Origin: Eledone cirrhosa
Taxonomy: Eukaryota
NCBI GenBank assembly: GCA_964016885.1
Contig: OZ024744.1
Location: 128,402,001-128,466,000 of the forward strand
Direction: 5' to 3'
Length of the DNA stretch: 64,000 nucleotides
The notes under the pieces are model-generated. The model made no database searches and had not been told where the DNA came from. It worked only from the letters and a program-made list of their open reading frames with translations. This document shows positions 1 through 13,300 of this stretch, in pieces (the first letter of the stretch is position 1; the number at the start of each line of letters is the position of its first letter). A program made the position numbers and the translations under genes.

Positions 1-3000
1 TAAGTTGGGGTTAAGTTAAGTTGGAGTTAAGTTAACTTGGAGTTAAGTTAAGTTGGGGTTAAGCTAAGTTGGGGTTCAGTTAAGTTGGGGTTAAGTTAAT
101 TTGGGGCTGAGTTAAGTTGGGGTTAAGTTAAGTTCGGGTTGAGTTAAGTTGGGGTTAAGTTAAGTTGGGGTTAAGTTAAGTTGGGGTTAAGTTAAGTTGG
201 GGTTAAGATAAGTTGGGGTTAAGTTAAGTTGGCGTTAATTTCAGTTGGGGTTGAGTTAATTTGGGTTTAAGTTAAGTTGGGCTAAACTTAAGTTGGGGTT
301 AAGTTGGGGTTAAGTTAAGTTGGGGTTAAGTTAAGTTGGGGGTAAGTTAAGTTGGGGGCAAGTTAAGTTGGGGTTAATTTAACTTGGGGTTAAGTTAAGT
401 TGGGGTTAAGTTAAGTTGGGGGTAACTTAAGTTGGGGTTAAGTTAAGTTGGGGTTAAGTTAAGTTGGGGGTAAGTTAAGTTGGGGGTAAGTTAAGTTGGG
501 GTTAAGTTAAGTTGGGGTTAAATTAAGTTGAGGTTAAGTTAATTTGGGGTTAAGTTAAGTTGGGGTTAAGTTAAGTTGGGGGTAAGATAAGTTGGGGCTA
601 AGTTAAGTTGGGGCTAAGTCAAGTTGGGGTTAAGTTGGGGTTGAGTTAAGTTGGGGTTAAGTTAAGTTGGGATTAAGTTAAGTTGGAGTTAAGTTAAGTT
701 CGGGTTGAGTTAAGTTGGGGTTAAGTTAAGTTGGGTTTAATTTAAGTTGGGGTTAAGTTAAGTTGGGGTTAAGATAAGTTGGGGTTAAGTTAAGTTGGGG
801 TTAAGTTAAGTTGGGGTTAAGTTAAGTTAGGGTTAATTTCAGTTGGGGTTATGTTGAGTTGGGGTTAAGTTAAGTTGGGGTTAAGTTAAGTTGGGGTTAA
901 GTTGGGGTTAAGTTAAGTTGGGGTTAAGTTAAGTTGGGGGTAAGTTAAGTTGGGGGCAAGTTAAGTTGGGGTTAATTTAAGTTGTGGTTAAGTTAACTTG
1001 GGGTTATGTTAAGTTGGGGTTAAGTTAAGTTGGGGTTAAGTTAAGTTGGGGGTAACTTAAGTTGGGGTTAAGTTAAGTTGAGGGTAAGTTAAGTTGAGGG
1101 TAAGTTAAATTGAGGTTAAGTTAAGTTGGGGTTAAGTTAAGTTGGGGGTAAGTTAAGTTGGGGGTAAGTTAAGTTGGGGTTAAGTTAAGATGGGGTTAAA
1201 TTAAGTTGAGGTTAAGTTAATTTGGGGTTAAGTTAAGTTGGGGTTAAGTTAAGTTGGGGGTAAGATAAGTTGGGGCTAAGTTAAGTTGGGGCTAAGTCAA
1301 GTTGGGGTTAAGTCAAGTTGAGGTTAACTTAAGTTGGGGTTAAGTTAAGTTGGGGTTAAGTTAAGTTGGGGTTAAGGTAAGTTGGGGTTAAGTTAAGTTG
1401 GGGCTAAGTTAAGTTGGGGCTAAGTTAAGTTGGGGCTGAGTTAAGTTGGGGTTAAGTTGGGGTTCAGTTAAGTTGGGGTTAAGTTAAGTTGGGATTAAGT
1501 TAAGTTGGGGTTAAGTTAAGTTCGGGTTGAGTTAAGTTGGGGTTAAGTTAAGTTGGGGTTAATTTAAGTTGGGGTTAAGTTAAGTTGGGGTTAAGATAAG
1601 TTGGGGTTAAGTTAAGTTGGGGTTAAGTTAAGTTGGGGTTGAGTTAATTTGGGGTTAAGTTAAGTTGGGGTTAACTTAAGTTGGGGTTAAGTTAAGTTGG
1701 GGTTAAGTTAAGTTGGGGGTAAGTTAAGTTGGGGGCAAGTTGAGTTGGGGTTAAGTTAAGTTGGGTTTAAGTTAAGTTGGGGCTAAGTTAAGTTGGGGCT
1801 AAGTTAAGTTGGGGCTGAGTTAAGTTGGGGTTAAGTTAAGTTGGGGTTGAGTTAAGTTGGGGTTAACTTAAGTTGGGGTTAAGTTGGGGTTAAGTTAAGT
1901 TGGGGTTAAATTAAGTTGGGGGTTAGTTAAGTTGGGGCAAGTTAAGTTGGGGTTAATTTAAGTTGGGGTTAATTTAAGTTGGGGTTATGTTAAGTTGGGG
2001 TTAAGTTAAGTTGGGGTTAAGTTAAGTTGGGGGTAAGTTAAGTTGGGGTTAAGTTAAGTTGGGGGTAAGTTAAGTTGAGGGTAAGTTAAGTTGGGGTTAA
2101 GTCAAGTTGGGGTTAAGTTAAGTTGGGGTTAAGTTAAGTTGGGGTTGAGTTAAGTTGGGGTTGAGTTAAGTTGGGGTTAAGTTAAGTTGGGTGTAAGTTA
2201 AGTTGGGGTTAAGTTAAGTTGGGGTTAAGTTAAGTTGGGGTTAAGTTAAGTTGGGGGTAAGTTAAGTTGGGGGCAAGTTAAGTTGGGGTTAAGTTAAGTT
2301 GGGGTTAATTTAAGTTGGGGTTAAGTTAAGTTGGGGTTAAGTTAAGTTGGGGTTAAGTTAAGTTGGGGTTAAGTTAAGTTGGGGGTGAGTTAAGTTGGGG
2401 TTAAGTTAAGTTGGGGTTAAATTAAGTTGAGGTTAAGTTAATTTGGGGTTAAGTTAAGTTGGGGTTAAGTTAAGTTGGGGTTAAGTTAAGTTGGGGTTAA
2501 GTTAAGTTGGGGTTAAGTTAAGTTGGGGTTAAGTTAAGTTAGGGTTAATTTCAGTTGGGGTTATGTTAAGTTGGGGTTAAGTTAAGTTGGGGTTAAGTTA
2601 AGTTGAGGTTAAGTTAAGTTGGAGTTAAGTTAAGTTGGGGTTAAGCTAAGTTGGGGTTAAGTTAATTTGCGGTTAAGTTAGGTTGTGGGTTAAGTTAAGT
2701 TGGGGTTAAGTTAAGCTGGGGTTAAGTTAGGGTAAGTTTAGTTGGGGGTAAGTTAAGTTGGGGTTAAGTTAAGTTGGGGTTAAGTTAGGTTGGGGTTAAG
2801 TTAAGTTGGGGTTAAGTTAAGTTGGGGTTGAGTTAAGTTGGGGTTGAGTTAAGTTGGGGTTAAGTTAAGTTGGGGTTAAGTTAAGTTGGGGTTAAGTTAA
2901 GTTGGGGTTAATTTAAGTTGGGGTTAAGTTAAGTTGTGGGTAAGTTAAGTTGGGGGCAAGTTAAGTTGGGGTTAAGTTAAGTTGGGGTTAAGTTAAGTTG

Positions 3001-6000
3001 GTGTTAAGTTAAGTTGGGGTTAAGTTAAGTTGGGGTTAAGTTAAGTTGGGGTTAAGTTAAGTTAGGGTTAATTTCAGTTGGGGTTATGTTAATTTGGGGT
3101 TAAGTTAAGTTGGGGTTAAGTTAAAGTTGGGGTTAATTTAAGTTGGGGTAAAGTTAAGTTAGGGTTAAGTTAAGTTGGGGTTAAGTTAAGTTGGGGTTAA
3201 ATTAAGTTGGGGTTCAGTTAAGTTGGGGTTAAATTAAGTTGGGGTTAAGTTAAGTTGGGGTTAGTTAAGTTGGGGTTAAGTTAAGTTGGGGTTAAGTTAA
3301 GTTGGGGTTAAGTTAAGTTGGGGTTAAGTTAAGTTGGCGTTAAGTTAAGTTGGGGTTAAGTTAAGTTGGGGTTAAGTTAAGTTGGGGTTAATTTAAGTTG
3401 GGGTTAAGTTAAGTTGGGGTTAAGTTAAGTTGGAGTTAAGTCAAGTTGGGGTTAAGTCAAGTTGGGGTTAAGTCAAGTTGGGGGTAAGTCAAGTTGGGGT
3501 AAAGTTAAGTTGGGGTTAAGTTAAGTTGGGGTTAAGTTAAGTTGGGGTTAAGTTAAGTTGGAGTTAAGTTAACTTGGAGTTAAGTTAAGTTGGGGTTAAG
3601 CTAAGTTGGGGTTCAGTTAAGTTGGGGTTAAGTTAATTTGGGGCTGAGTTAAGTTGGGGTTAAGTTAAGTTCGGGTTGAGTTAAGTTGGGGTTAAGTTAA
3701 GTTGGGGTTAAGTTAAGTTGGGGTTAAGTTAAGTTGGGGTTAAGATAAGTTGGGGTTAAGTTAAGTTGGCGTTAATTTCAGTTGGGGTTGAGTTAATTTG
3801 GGTTTAAGTTAAGTTGGGCTAAACTTAAGTTGGGGTTAAGTTGGGGTTAAGTTAAGTTGGGGTTAAGTTAAGTTGGGGGTAAGTTAAGTTGGGGGCAAGT
3901 TAAGTTGGGGTTAATTTAAGTTGGGGTTAAGTTAAGTTGGGGTTAAGTTAAGTTGGGGGTAACTTAAGTTGGGGTTAAGTTAAGTTGGGGTTAAGTTAAG
4001 TTGGGGGTAAGTTAAGTTGGGGGTAAGTTAAGTTGGGGTTAAGTTAAGTTGGGGTTAAATTAAGTTGAGGTTAAGTTAATTTGGGGTTAAGTTAAGTTGG
4101 GGTTAAGTTAAGTTGGGGGTAAGATAAGTTGGGGCTAAGTTAAGTTGGGGCTAAGTCAAGTTGGGGTTAAGTTGGGGTTGAGTTAAGTTGGGGTTAAGTT
4201 AAGTTGGGATTAAGTTAAGTTGGGGTTAAGTTAAGTTCGGGTTGAGTTAAGTTGGGGTTAAGTTAAGTTGGGTTTAATTTAAGTTGGGGTTAAGTTAAGT
4301 TGGGGTTAAGATAAGTTGGGGTTAAGTTAAGTTGGGGTTAAGTTAAGTTGGGGTTGAGTTAATTTGGGGTTAAGTTAAGTTGGGGTTAACTTAAGTTGGG
4401 GTTAAGTTAAGTTGGGGTTAAGTTAAGTTGGGGGTAAGTTAAGTTGGGGGCAAGTTGAGTTGGGGTTAAGTTAAGTTGGGGTTAAGTTAAGGTGGGGGTA
4501 AGTTAAGTTGGGGGCAAGTTAAGTTGGGGTTAAGTTAAGTTGGGTTTAAGTTAAGTTGGGGCTAAGTTAAGTTGGGGCTGAGTTAAGTTGGGGTTAAGTT
4601 AAGTTGGGGTTGAGTTAAGTTGGGGTTAACTTAAGTTGGGGTTAAGTTGGGGTTAAGTTAAGTTGGGGTTAAATTAAGTTGGGGGTTAGTTAAGTTGGGG
4701 CAAGTTAAGTTGGGGTTAATTTAAGTTGGGGTTAAGTTAAGTTGGGGTTAAGTTAAGTTGGGGGTAAGTTAAGTTGGGGTTAAGTTAAGTTGGGGGTAAG
4801 TTAAGTTGAGGGTAAGTTAAGTTGGGGTTAAGTTAAGTTGGGGTTAAATTAAGTTGGGGGTAAGTTAAGTTGGGGGTAAGTTAAGTTGGGGTTAAGTTAA
4901 GTTGGGGTTAAGTTAAGTTGGGGTTAAATTAAGTTGAGGTTAAGTTAAGTTGGGGTTAAGTTAAGTTGGGCGTAAGATAAGTTGGGGGTAAGATAAGTTG
5001 GGGCTAAGTTAAGTTGGGGCTAAGTCAAGTTGGGGTTAATTCAAGTTGAGGTTAACTTAAGTTGGGGTTAAGTTAAGTTGGGGTTAAGGTAAGTTGGGGT
5101 TAAGGTAAGTTGGGGTTATGTTAAGTTGGGGCTAAGTTAAGTTGGGGCTAAGTTAAGTTGGGGCTGAGTTAAGTTGGGGTTAAGTTAAGTTGGGGTTGAT
5201 TTAAGTTGGGGTTAAGTTAAGTTGGGATTAAGTTAAGTTGGGGTTAAGTTAAGTTGGGGTTAATTTAAGTTGGGGTTAAGTTAAGTTGGGGTTAAGATAA
5301 GTTGGGGTTAAGTTAAGTTGGGGTTAAGTTAAGTTGGGGTTGAGTTAATTTGGGGTTAAGTTAAGTTGGGGTTAAGTTAAGTTGGGGGTAGGTTAAGTTG
5401 GGGGCAAGTTAAGTTGGGGTTAAGTTAAGTTGGGGTTAAGTTAAGTTGGGGGTAAGTTAAGTCGGGGTTAAGTTAACTTGGGGTTAAGTTAAGTTGGGTT
5501 TAAGTTAAGTTGGGGCTGAGTTAAGTTGGGGGTAAGTTAAGTTGGGTGTAAGTTAAGTTGGGGTTAAGTTAAGTTGGGGTTCAGTTCAGTTGGGGTTAAG
5601 TTAAGTTGGGGTTGAGTTAAGTTGGGGTTGAGTTAATTTGGGGTTAAGTTAAGTTGGGGTTAAGTTAAGTTGGGGGTAGGTTAAGTTGGGGGCAAGTTAA
5701 GTTGGGGCTGAGTTAAGTTGGGGGTAAGTTAAGTTGGGTGTAAGTTAAGTTGGGGTTAAGTTAAGTTGGGGTTCAGTTCAGTTGGGGTTAAGTTAAGTTG
5801 GGGTTAAGTTAAGCTGGGGTTAAGTTAAGTTGGGGTTAAGTTAAGTTGGGGTTAAGTTAAGTTGGGGTTAATTTAAGTTGGGGTTGAGTTAAGTTGGGGT
5901 TGAGTTAAGTTAGGGTTAATTTGAGTTGGGGTTATGTTAAGTTGGGGTTAAGTTAAGTTGGGGTTAAGTTAAAGTTGGGGTTAAGTTAAGTTGGGGTTAA

Positions 6001-9000
6001 GTTAAGTTGGGGTTAAGTTAAGTTGGGGTTAAGTTAAGTTGGGGTTAAGTTAAGTTGGGGTTAAGTTAAGTTGGGGTTGAGTTAAGTTGGGGTTGAGTTA
6101 AGTTGGGGCTAAGTTAATTTGTGGTTAAGTTAAGTTGGGGTTAAGTTAAGTTGGGGTTAAGTTAAGTTAGGGTTAATTTCAGTTGGGGTTATGTTAAGTT
6201 GGGGTTAAGTTAAGTTGGGGTTAAGTTAAAGTTGGGGTTAAGTTAAGTTGGGGTAAAGTTAAGTTAGGGTTAAGTTAAGTTGGGGTTAAGTTAAGTTGGG
6301 GTTAAATTAAGTTGGGGTTAAGTTAAGTTGGGGTTAAGTTAAGTTGGGGTTAAATTAAGTTGGGGTTGAGTTAAGTTGGGGTTAAATTAAGTTGGGGTTA
6401 AGTTAAGTTGGGATTAGTTAAGTTGGGGTTAAGTTAAGTTGGGGTTAAGTTAAGTTGGGGTTAAGTTAAGTTGGGGTTAAGTTAAGTTGGCGTTAAGTTA
6501 AGTTGGGGTTAAGTTAAGTTGGGGTTAAATTAAGTTGGGGTTAAGTTAAGTTGGGGTTAATTTAAGTTGTGGTTAAGTTAAGTTGGGGTTAAGTTAAGTT
6601 GGAGTTAAGTCAAGTTGGGGTTAAGTCAAGTTGGGGTTAAGTCAAGTTGGGGTTAAGTTAAGTTGGGGTTAAGTTAAGTTGGGGTTAAGTTAAGTTGGGG
6701 TTAAGTTAAGTTGGAGTTAAGTTAACTTGGAGTTAAGTTAAGTTGGGGTTAAGCTAAGTTGGGGTTCAGTTAAGTTGGGGTTAAGTTAATTTGGGGCTGA
6801 GTTAAGTTGGGGTTAAGTTAAGTTCGGGTTGAGTTAAGTTGGGGTTAATTAAGTTGGGGTTAAGTTAAGTTGGGGTTAAGTTAAGTTGGGGTTAAGATAA
6901 GTTGGGGTTAAGTTAAGTTGGCGTTAATTTCAGTTGGGGTTGAGTTAATTTGGGTTTAAGTTAAGTTGGGCTAAACTTAAGTTGGGGTTAAGTTGGGGTT
7001 AAGTTAAGTTGGGGTTAAGTTAAGTTGGGGGTAAGTTAAGTTGGGGGCAAGTTAAGTTGGGGTTAATTTAAGTTGGGGTTAAGTTAAGTTGGGGTTAAGT
7101 TAAGTTGGGGGTAACTTAAGTTGGGGTTAAGTTAAGTTGGGGTTAAGTTAAGTTGGGGGTAAGTTAAGTTGGGGGTAAGTTAAGTTGGGGTTAAGTTAAG
7201 TTGGGGTTAAATTAAGTTGAGGTTAAGTTAATTTGGGGTTAAGTTAAGTTGGGGTTAAGTTAAGTTGGGGGTAAGATAAGTTGGGGCTAAGTTAAGTTGG
7301 GGCTAAGTCAAGTTGGGGTTAAGTTGGGGTTGAGTTAAGTTGGGGTTAAGTTAAGTTGGGATTAAGTTAAGTTGGGGTTAAGTTAAGTTCGGGTTGAGTT
7401 AAGTTGGGGTTAAGTTAAGTTGGGTTTAATTTAAGTTGGGGTTAAGTTAAGTTGGGGTTAAGATAAGTTGGGGTTAAGTTAAGTTGGGGTTAAGTTAAGT
7501 TGGGGTTAAGTTAAGTTAGGGTTAATTTCAGTTGGGGTTATGTTAAGTTGGGGTTAAGTTAAGTTGGGGTTAAGTTAAGTTGGGGTTAAGTTGGGGTTAA
7601 GTTAAGTTGGGGTTAAGTTAAGTTGGGGGTAAGTTAAGTTGGGGGCAAGTTAAGTTGGGGTTAATTTAAGTTGGGGTTAAGTTAACTTGGGGTTATGTTA
7701 AGTTGGGGTTAAGTTAAGTTGGGGTTAAGTTAAGTTGGGGGTAACTTAAGTTGGGGTTAAGTTAAGTTGAGGGTAAGTTAAGTTGAGGGTAAGTTAAATT
7801 GAGGTTAAGTTAAGTTGGGGTTAAGTTAAGTTGGGGGTAAGTTAAGTTGGGGGTAAGTTAAGTTGGGGTTAAGTTAAGATGGGGTTAAATTAAGTTGAGG
7901 TTAAGTTAATTTGGGGTTAAGTTAAGTTGGGGTTAAGTTAAGTTGGGGGTAAGATAAGTTGGGGCTAAGTTAAGTTGGGGCTAAGTCAAGTTGGGGTTAA
8001 GTCAAGTTGAGGTTAACTTAAGTTGGGGTTAAGTTAAGTTGGGGTTAAGTTAAGTTGGGGTTAAGGTAAGTTGGGGTTAAGTTAAGTTGGGGCTAAGTTA
8101 AGTTGGGGCTAAGTTAAGTTGGGGCTGAGTTAAGTTGGGGTTAAGTTGGGGTTCAGTTAAGTTGGGGTTAAGTTAAGTTGGGATTAAGTTAAGTTGGGGT
8201 TAAGTTAAGTTCGGGTTGAGTTAAGTTGGGGTTAAGTTAAGTTGGGGTTAATTTAAGTTGGGGTTAAGTTAAGTTGGGGTTAAGATAAGTTGGGGTTAAG
8301 TTAAGTTGGGGTTAAGTTAAGTTGGGGTTGAGTTAATTTGGGGTTAAGTTAAGTTGGGGTTAACTTAAGTTGGGGTTAAGTTAAGTTGGGGTTAAGTTAA
8401 GTTGGGGGTAAGTTAAGTTGGGGGCAAGTTGAGTTGGGGTTAAGTTAAGTTGGGTTTAAGTTAAGTTGGGGCTAAGTTAAGTTGGGGCTAAGTTAAGTTG
8501 GGGCTGAGTTAAGTTGGGGTTAAGTTAAGTTGGGGTTGAGTTAAGTTGGGGTTAACTTAAGTTGGGGTTAAGTTGGGGTTAAGTTAAGTTGGGGTTAAAT
8601 TAAGTTGGGGGTTAGTTAAGTTGGGGCAAGTTAAGTTGGGGTTAATTTAAGTTGGGGTTAATTTAAGTTGGGGTTATGTTAAGTTGGGGTTAAGTTAAGT
8701 TGGGGTTAAGTTAAGTTGGGGGTAAGTTAAGTTGGGGTTAAGTTAAGTTGGGGGTAAGTTAAGTTGAGGGTAAGTTAAGTTGGGGTTAAGTCAAGTTGGG
8801 GTTAAGTTAAGTTGGGGTTAAGTTAAGTTGGGGTTGAGTTAAGTTGGGGTTGAGTTAAGTTGGGGTTAAGTTAAGTTGGGTGTAAGTTAAGTTGGGGTTA
8901 AGTTAAGTTGGGGTTAAGTTAAGTTGGGGTTAAGTTAAGTTGGGGGTAAGTTAAGTTGGGGGCAAGTTAAGTTGGGGTTAAGTTAAGTTGGGGTTAATTT

Positions 9001-12000
9001 AAGTTGGGGTTAAGTTAAGTTGGGGTTAAGTTAAGTTGGGGTTAAGTTAAGTTGGGGTTAAGTTAAGTTGGGGGTGAGTTAAGTTGGGGTTAAGTTAAGT
9101 TGGGGTTAAATTAAGTTGAGGTTAAGTTAATTTGGGGTTAAGTTAAGTTGGGGTTAAGTTAAGTTGGGGTTAAGTTAAGTTGGGGTTAAGTTAAGTTGGG
9201 GTTAAGTTAAGTTGGGGTTAAGTTAAGTTAGGGTTAATTTCAGTTGGGGTTATGTTAAGTTGGGGTTAAGTTAAGTTGGGGTTAAGTTAAGTTGAGGTTA
9301 AGTTAAGTTGGAGTTAAGTTAAGTTGGGGTTAAGCTAAGTTGGGGTTAAGTTAATTTGCGGTTAAGTTAGGTTGTGGGTTAAGTTAAGTTGGGGTTAAGT
9401 TAAGCTGGGGTTAAGTTAGGGTAAGTTAAGTTGGGGGTAAGTTAAGTTGGGGTTAAGTTAAGTTGGGGTTAAGTTAGGTTGGGGTTAAGTTAAGTTGGGG
9501 TTAAGTTAAGTTGGGGTTGAGTTAAGTTGGGGTTGAGTTAAGTTGGGGTTAAGTTAAGTTGGGGTTAAGTTAAGTTGGGGTTAAGTTAAGTTGGGGTTAA
9601 TTTAAGTTGGGGTTAAGTTAAGTTGTGGGTAAGTTAAGTTGGGGGCAAGTTAAGTTGGGGTTAAGTTAAGTTGGGGTTAAGTTAAGTTGGTGTTAAGTTA
9701 AGTTGGGGTTAAGTTAAGTTGGGGTTAAGTTAAGTTGGGGTTAAGTTAAGTTAGGGTTAATTTCAGTTGGGGTTATGTTAATTTGGGGTTAAGTTAAGTT
9801 GGGGTTAAGTTAAAGTTGGGGTTAAGTTAAGTTGGGGTAAAGTTAAGTTAGGGTTAAGTTAAGTTGGGGTTAAGTTAAGTTGGGGTTAAATTAAGTTGGG
9901 GTTCAGTTAAGTTGGGGTTAAATTAAGTTGGGGTTAAGTTAAGTTGGGGTTAGTTAAGTTGGGGTTAAGTTAAGTTGGGGTTAAGTTAAGTTGGGGTTAA
10001 GTTAAGTTGGGGTTAAGTTAAGTTGGCGTTAAGTTAAGTTGGGGTTAAGTTAAGTTGGGGTTAAGTTAAGTTGGGGTTAATTTAAGTTGGGGTTAAGTTA
10101 AGTTGGGGTTAAGTTAAGTTGGAGTTAAGTCAAGTTGGGGTTAAGTCAAGTTGGGGTTAAGTCAAGTTGGGGTTAAGTCAAGTTGGGGTTAAGTTAAGTT
10201 GGGGTTAAGTTAAGTTGGGGTTAAGTTAAGTTGGGGTTAAGTTAAGTTGGAGTTAAGTTAACTTGGAGTTAAGTTAAGTTGGGGTTAAGCTAAGTTGGGG
10301 TTCAGTTAAGTTGGGGTTAAGTTAATTTGGGGCTGAGTTAAGTTGGGGTTAAGTTAAGTTCGGGTTGAGTTAAGTTGGGGTTAAGTTAAGTTGGGGTTAA
10401 GTTAAGTTGGGGTTAAGTTAAGTTGGGGTTAAGATAAGTTGGGGTTAAGTTAAGTTGGCGTTAATTTCAGTTGGGGTTGAGTTAATTTGGGTTTAAGTTA
10501 AGTTGGGCTAAACTTAAGTTGGGGTTAAGTTGGGGTTAATTTAAGTTGGGGTTAAGTTAAGTTGGGGGTAAGTTAAGTTGGGGGCAAGTTAAGTTGGGGT
10601 TAATTTAAGTTGGGGTTAAGTTAAGTTGGGGTTAAGTTAAGTTGGGGGTAACTTAAGTTGGGGTTAAGTTAAGTTGGGGTTAAGTTAAGTTGGGGGTAAG
10701 TTAAGTTGGGGGTAAGTTAAGTTGGGGTTAAGTTAAGTTGAGGTTAAATTAAGTTGAGGTTAAGTTAATTTGGGGTTAAGTTAAGTTGGGGTTAAGTTAA
10801 GTTGGGGGTAAGATAAGTTGGGGCTAAGTTAAGTTGGGGCTAAGTCAAGTTGGGGTTAAGTTGGGGTTGAGTTAAGTTGGGGTTAAGTTAAGTTGGGATT
10901 AAGTTAAGTTGGGGTTAAGTTAAGTTCGGGTTGAGTTAAGTTGGGGTTAAGTTAAGTTGGGTTTAATTTAAGTTGGGGTTAAGTTAAGTTGGGGTTAAGA
11001 TAAGTTGGGGTTAAGTTAAGTTGGGGTTAAGTTAAGTTGGGGTTGAGTTAATTTGGGGTTAAGTTAAGTTGGGGTTAACTTAAGTTGGGGTTAAGTTAAG
11101 TTGGGGTTAAGTTAAGTTGGGGGTAAGTTAAGTTGGGGGCAAGTTGAGTTGGGGTTAAGTTAAGTTGGGGTTAAGTTAAGGTGGGGGTAAGTTAAGTTGG
11201 GGGTAAGTTAAGTTGGGGTTAAGTTAAGTTGGGTTTAAGTTAAGTTGGGGCTAAGTTAAGTTGGGGCTGAGTTAAGTTGGGGTTAAGTTAAGTTGGGGTT
11301 GAGTTAAGTTGGGGTTAACTTAAGTTGGGGTTAAGTTGGGGTTAAGTTAAGTTGGGGTTAAATTAAGTTGGGAGTTAGTTAAGTTGGGGCAAGTTAAGTT
11401 GGGGTTAATTTAAGTTGGGGTTAAGTTAAGTTGGGGTTAAGTTAAGTTGGGGGTAAGTTAAGTTGGGGTTAAGTTAAATTGGGGGTAAGTTAAGTTGAGG
11501 GTAAGTTAAGTTGGGGTTAAGTTAAGTTGGGGTTAAATTAAGTTGGGGGTAAGTTAAGTTGGGGGTAAGTTAAGTTGGGGTTAAGTTAAGTTGGGGTTAA
11601 GTTAAGTTGGGGTTAAATTAAGTTGAGGTTAAGTTAAGTTGGGGTTAAGTTAAGTTGGGCGTAAGATAAGTTGGGGGTAAGATAAGTTGGGGCTAAGTTA
11701 AGTTGGGGCTAAGTCAAGTTGGGGTTAATTCAAGTTGAGGTTAACTTAAGTTGGGGTTAAGTTAAGTTGGGGTTAAGGTAAGTTGGGGTTAAGGTAAGTT
11801 GGGGTTATGTTAAGTTGGGGCTAAGTTAAGTTGGGGCTAAGTTAAGTTGGGGCTGAGTTAAGTTGGGGTTAAGTTAAGTTGGGGTTGATTTAAGTTGGGG
11901 TTAAGTTAAGTTGGGATTAAGTTAAGTTGGGGTTAAGTTAAGTTGGGGTTAATTTAAGTTGGGGTTAAGTTAAGTTGGGGTTAAGATAAGTTGGGGTTAA

Positions 12001-13300
12001 GTTAAGTTGGGGTTAAGTTAAGTTGGGGTTGAGTTAATTTGGGGTTAAGTTAAGTTGGGGTTAAGTTAAGTTGGGGGTAGGTTAAGTTGGGGGCAAGTTA
12101 AGTTGGGGTTAAGTTAAGTTGGGGTTAAGTTAAGTTGGGGGTAAGTTAAGTCGGGGTTAAGTTAACTTGGGGTTAAGTTAAGTTGGGTTTAAGTTAAGTT
12201 GGGGCCGAGTTAAGTTGGGGGTAAGTTAAGTTGGGTGTAAGTTAAGTTGGGGTTAAGTTAAGTTGGGGTTCAGTTCAGTTGGGGTTAAGTTAAGTTGGGG
12301 TTGAGTTAAGTTGGGGTTGAGTTAATTTGGGGTTAAGTTAAGTTGGGGTTAAGTTAAGTTGGGGGTAGGTTAAGTTGGGGGCAAGTTAAGTTGGGGCTGA
12401 GTTAAGTTGGGGGTAAGTTAAGTTGGGTGTAAGTTAAGTTGGGGTTAAGTTAAGTTGGGGTTCAGTTCAGTTGGGGTTAAGTTAAGTTGGGGTTAAGTTA
12501 AGCTGGGGTTAAGTTAAGTTGGGGTTAAGTTAAGTTCGGGTTAAGTTAAGTTGGGGTTAAGTTAAGTTGGGGTTGAGTTAAGTTGGGGTTGAGTTAAGTT
12601 AGGGTTAATTTGAGTTGGGGTTATGTTAAGTTGGGGTTAAGTTAAGTTGGGGTTAAGTTAAAGTTGGGGTTAAGTTAAGTTGGGGTTAAGTTAAGTTGGG
12701 GTTAAGTTAAGTTGGGGTTAAGTTAAGTTGGGGTTAAGTTAAGTTGGGGTTAAGTTAAGTTGGGGTTGAGTTAAGTTGGGGTTGAGTTAAGTTGGGGCTA
12801 AGTTAATTTGTGGTTAAGTTAAGTTGGGGTTAAGTTAAGTTGGGGTTAAGTTAAGTTAGGGTTAATTTCAGTTGGGGTTATGTTAAGTTGGGGTTAAGTT
12901 AAGTTGGGGTTAAGTTAAAGTTGGGGTTAAGTTAAGTTGGGGTTAAGTTAAGTTGGGGTTAAGTTAAGTTGGGGTTAAATTAAGTTGGGGTTGAGTTAAG
13001 TTGGGGTTAAATTAAGTTGGGGTTAAGTTAAGTTGGGATTAGTTAAGTTGGGGTTAAGTTAAGTTGGGGTTAAGTTAAGTTGGGGTTAAGTTAAGTTGGG
13101 GTTAAGTTAAGTTGGCGTTAAGTTAAGTTGGGGTTAAGTTAAGTTGGGGTTAAATTAAGTTGGGGTTAAGTTAAGTTGGGGTTAATTTAAGTTGGGGTTA
13201 AGTTAAGTTGGGGTTAAGTTAAGTTGGAGTTAAGTCAAGTTGGGGTTAAGTCAAGTTGGGGTTAAGTCAAGTTGGGGTTAAGTCAAGTTGGGGTTAAGTT
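1..13300 (+). repeat. Higher-order tandem duplication with ~6,689-bp period, each unit made of related ~3,537-bp and ~3,152-bp subunits
   Basis: GGGCTAAACTTAAG has its first C at 282, 3819, 6971 and 10508. TTGGAG-TTAAGTTAAC-TTGGAG occurs at 21, 3558, 6711 and 10247. TTGCGGTTAAGTTAGGTTGTGGG occurs at 2667 and 9356. Confidence 0.9.

Noticed and set aside
424-433. Palindrome AACTTAAGTT as a hairpin or operator
   Set aside because: It arises from a single G>C change in the consensus and has no supporting context.
827-832. TTAGGG / TTAGG canonical telomere motifs
   Set aside because: They occur only as isolated single-substitution variants of TTGGGG or TTAAG, never as tandem arrays.
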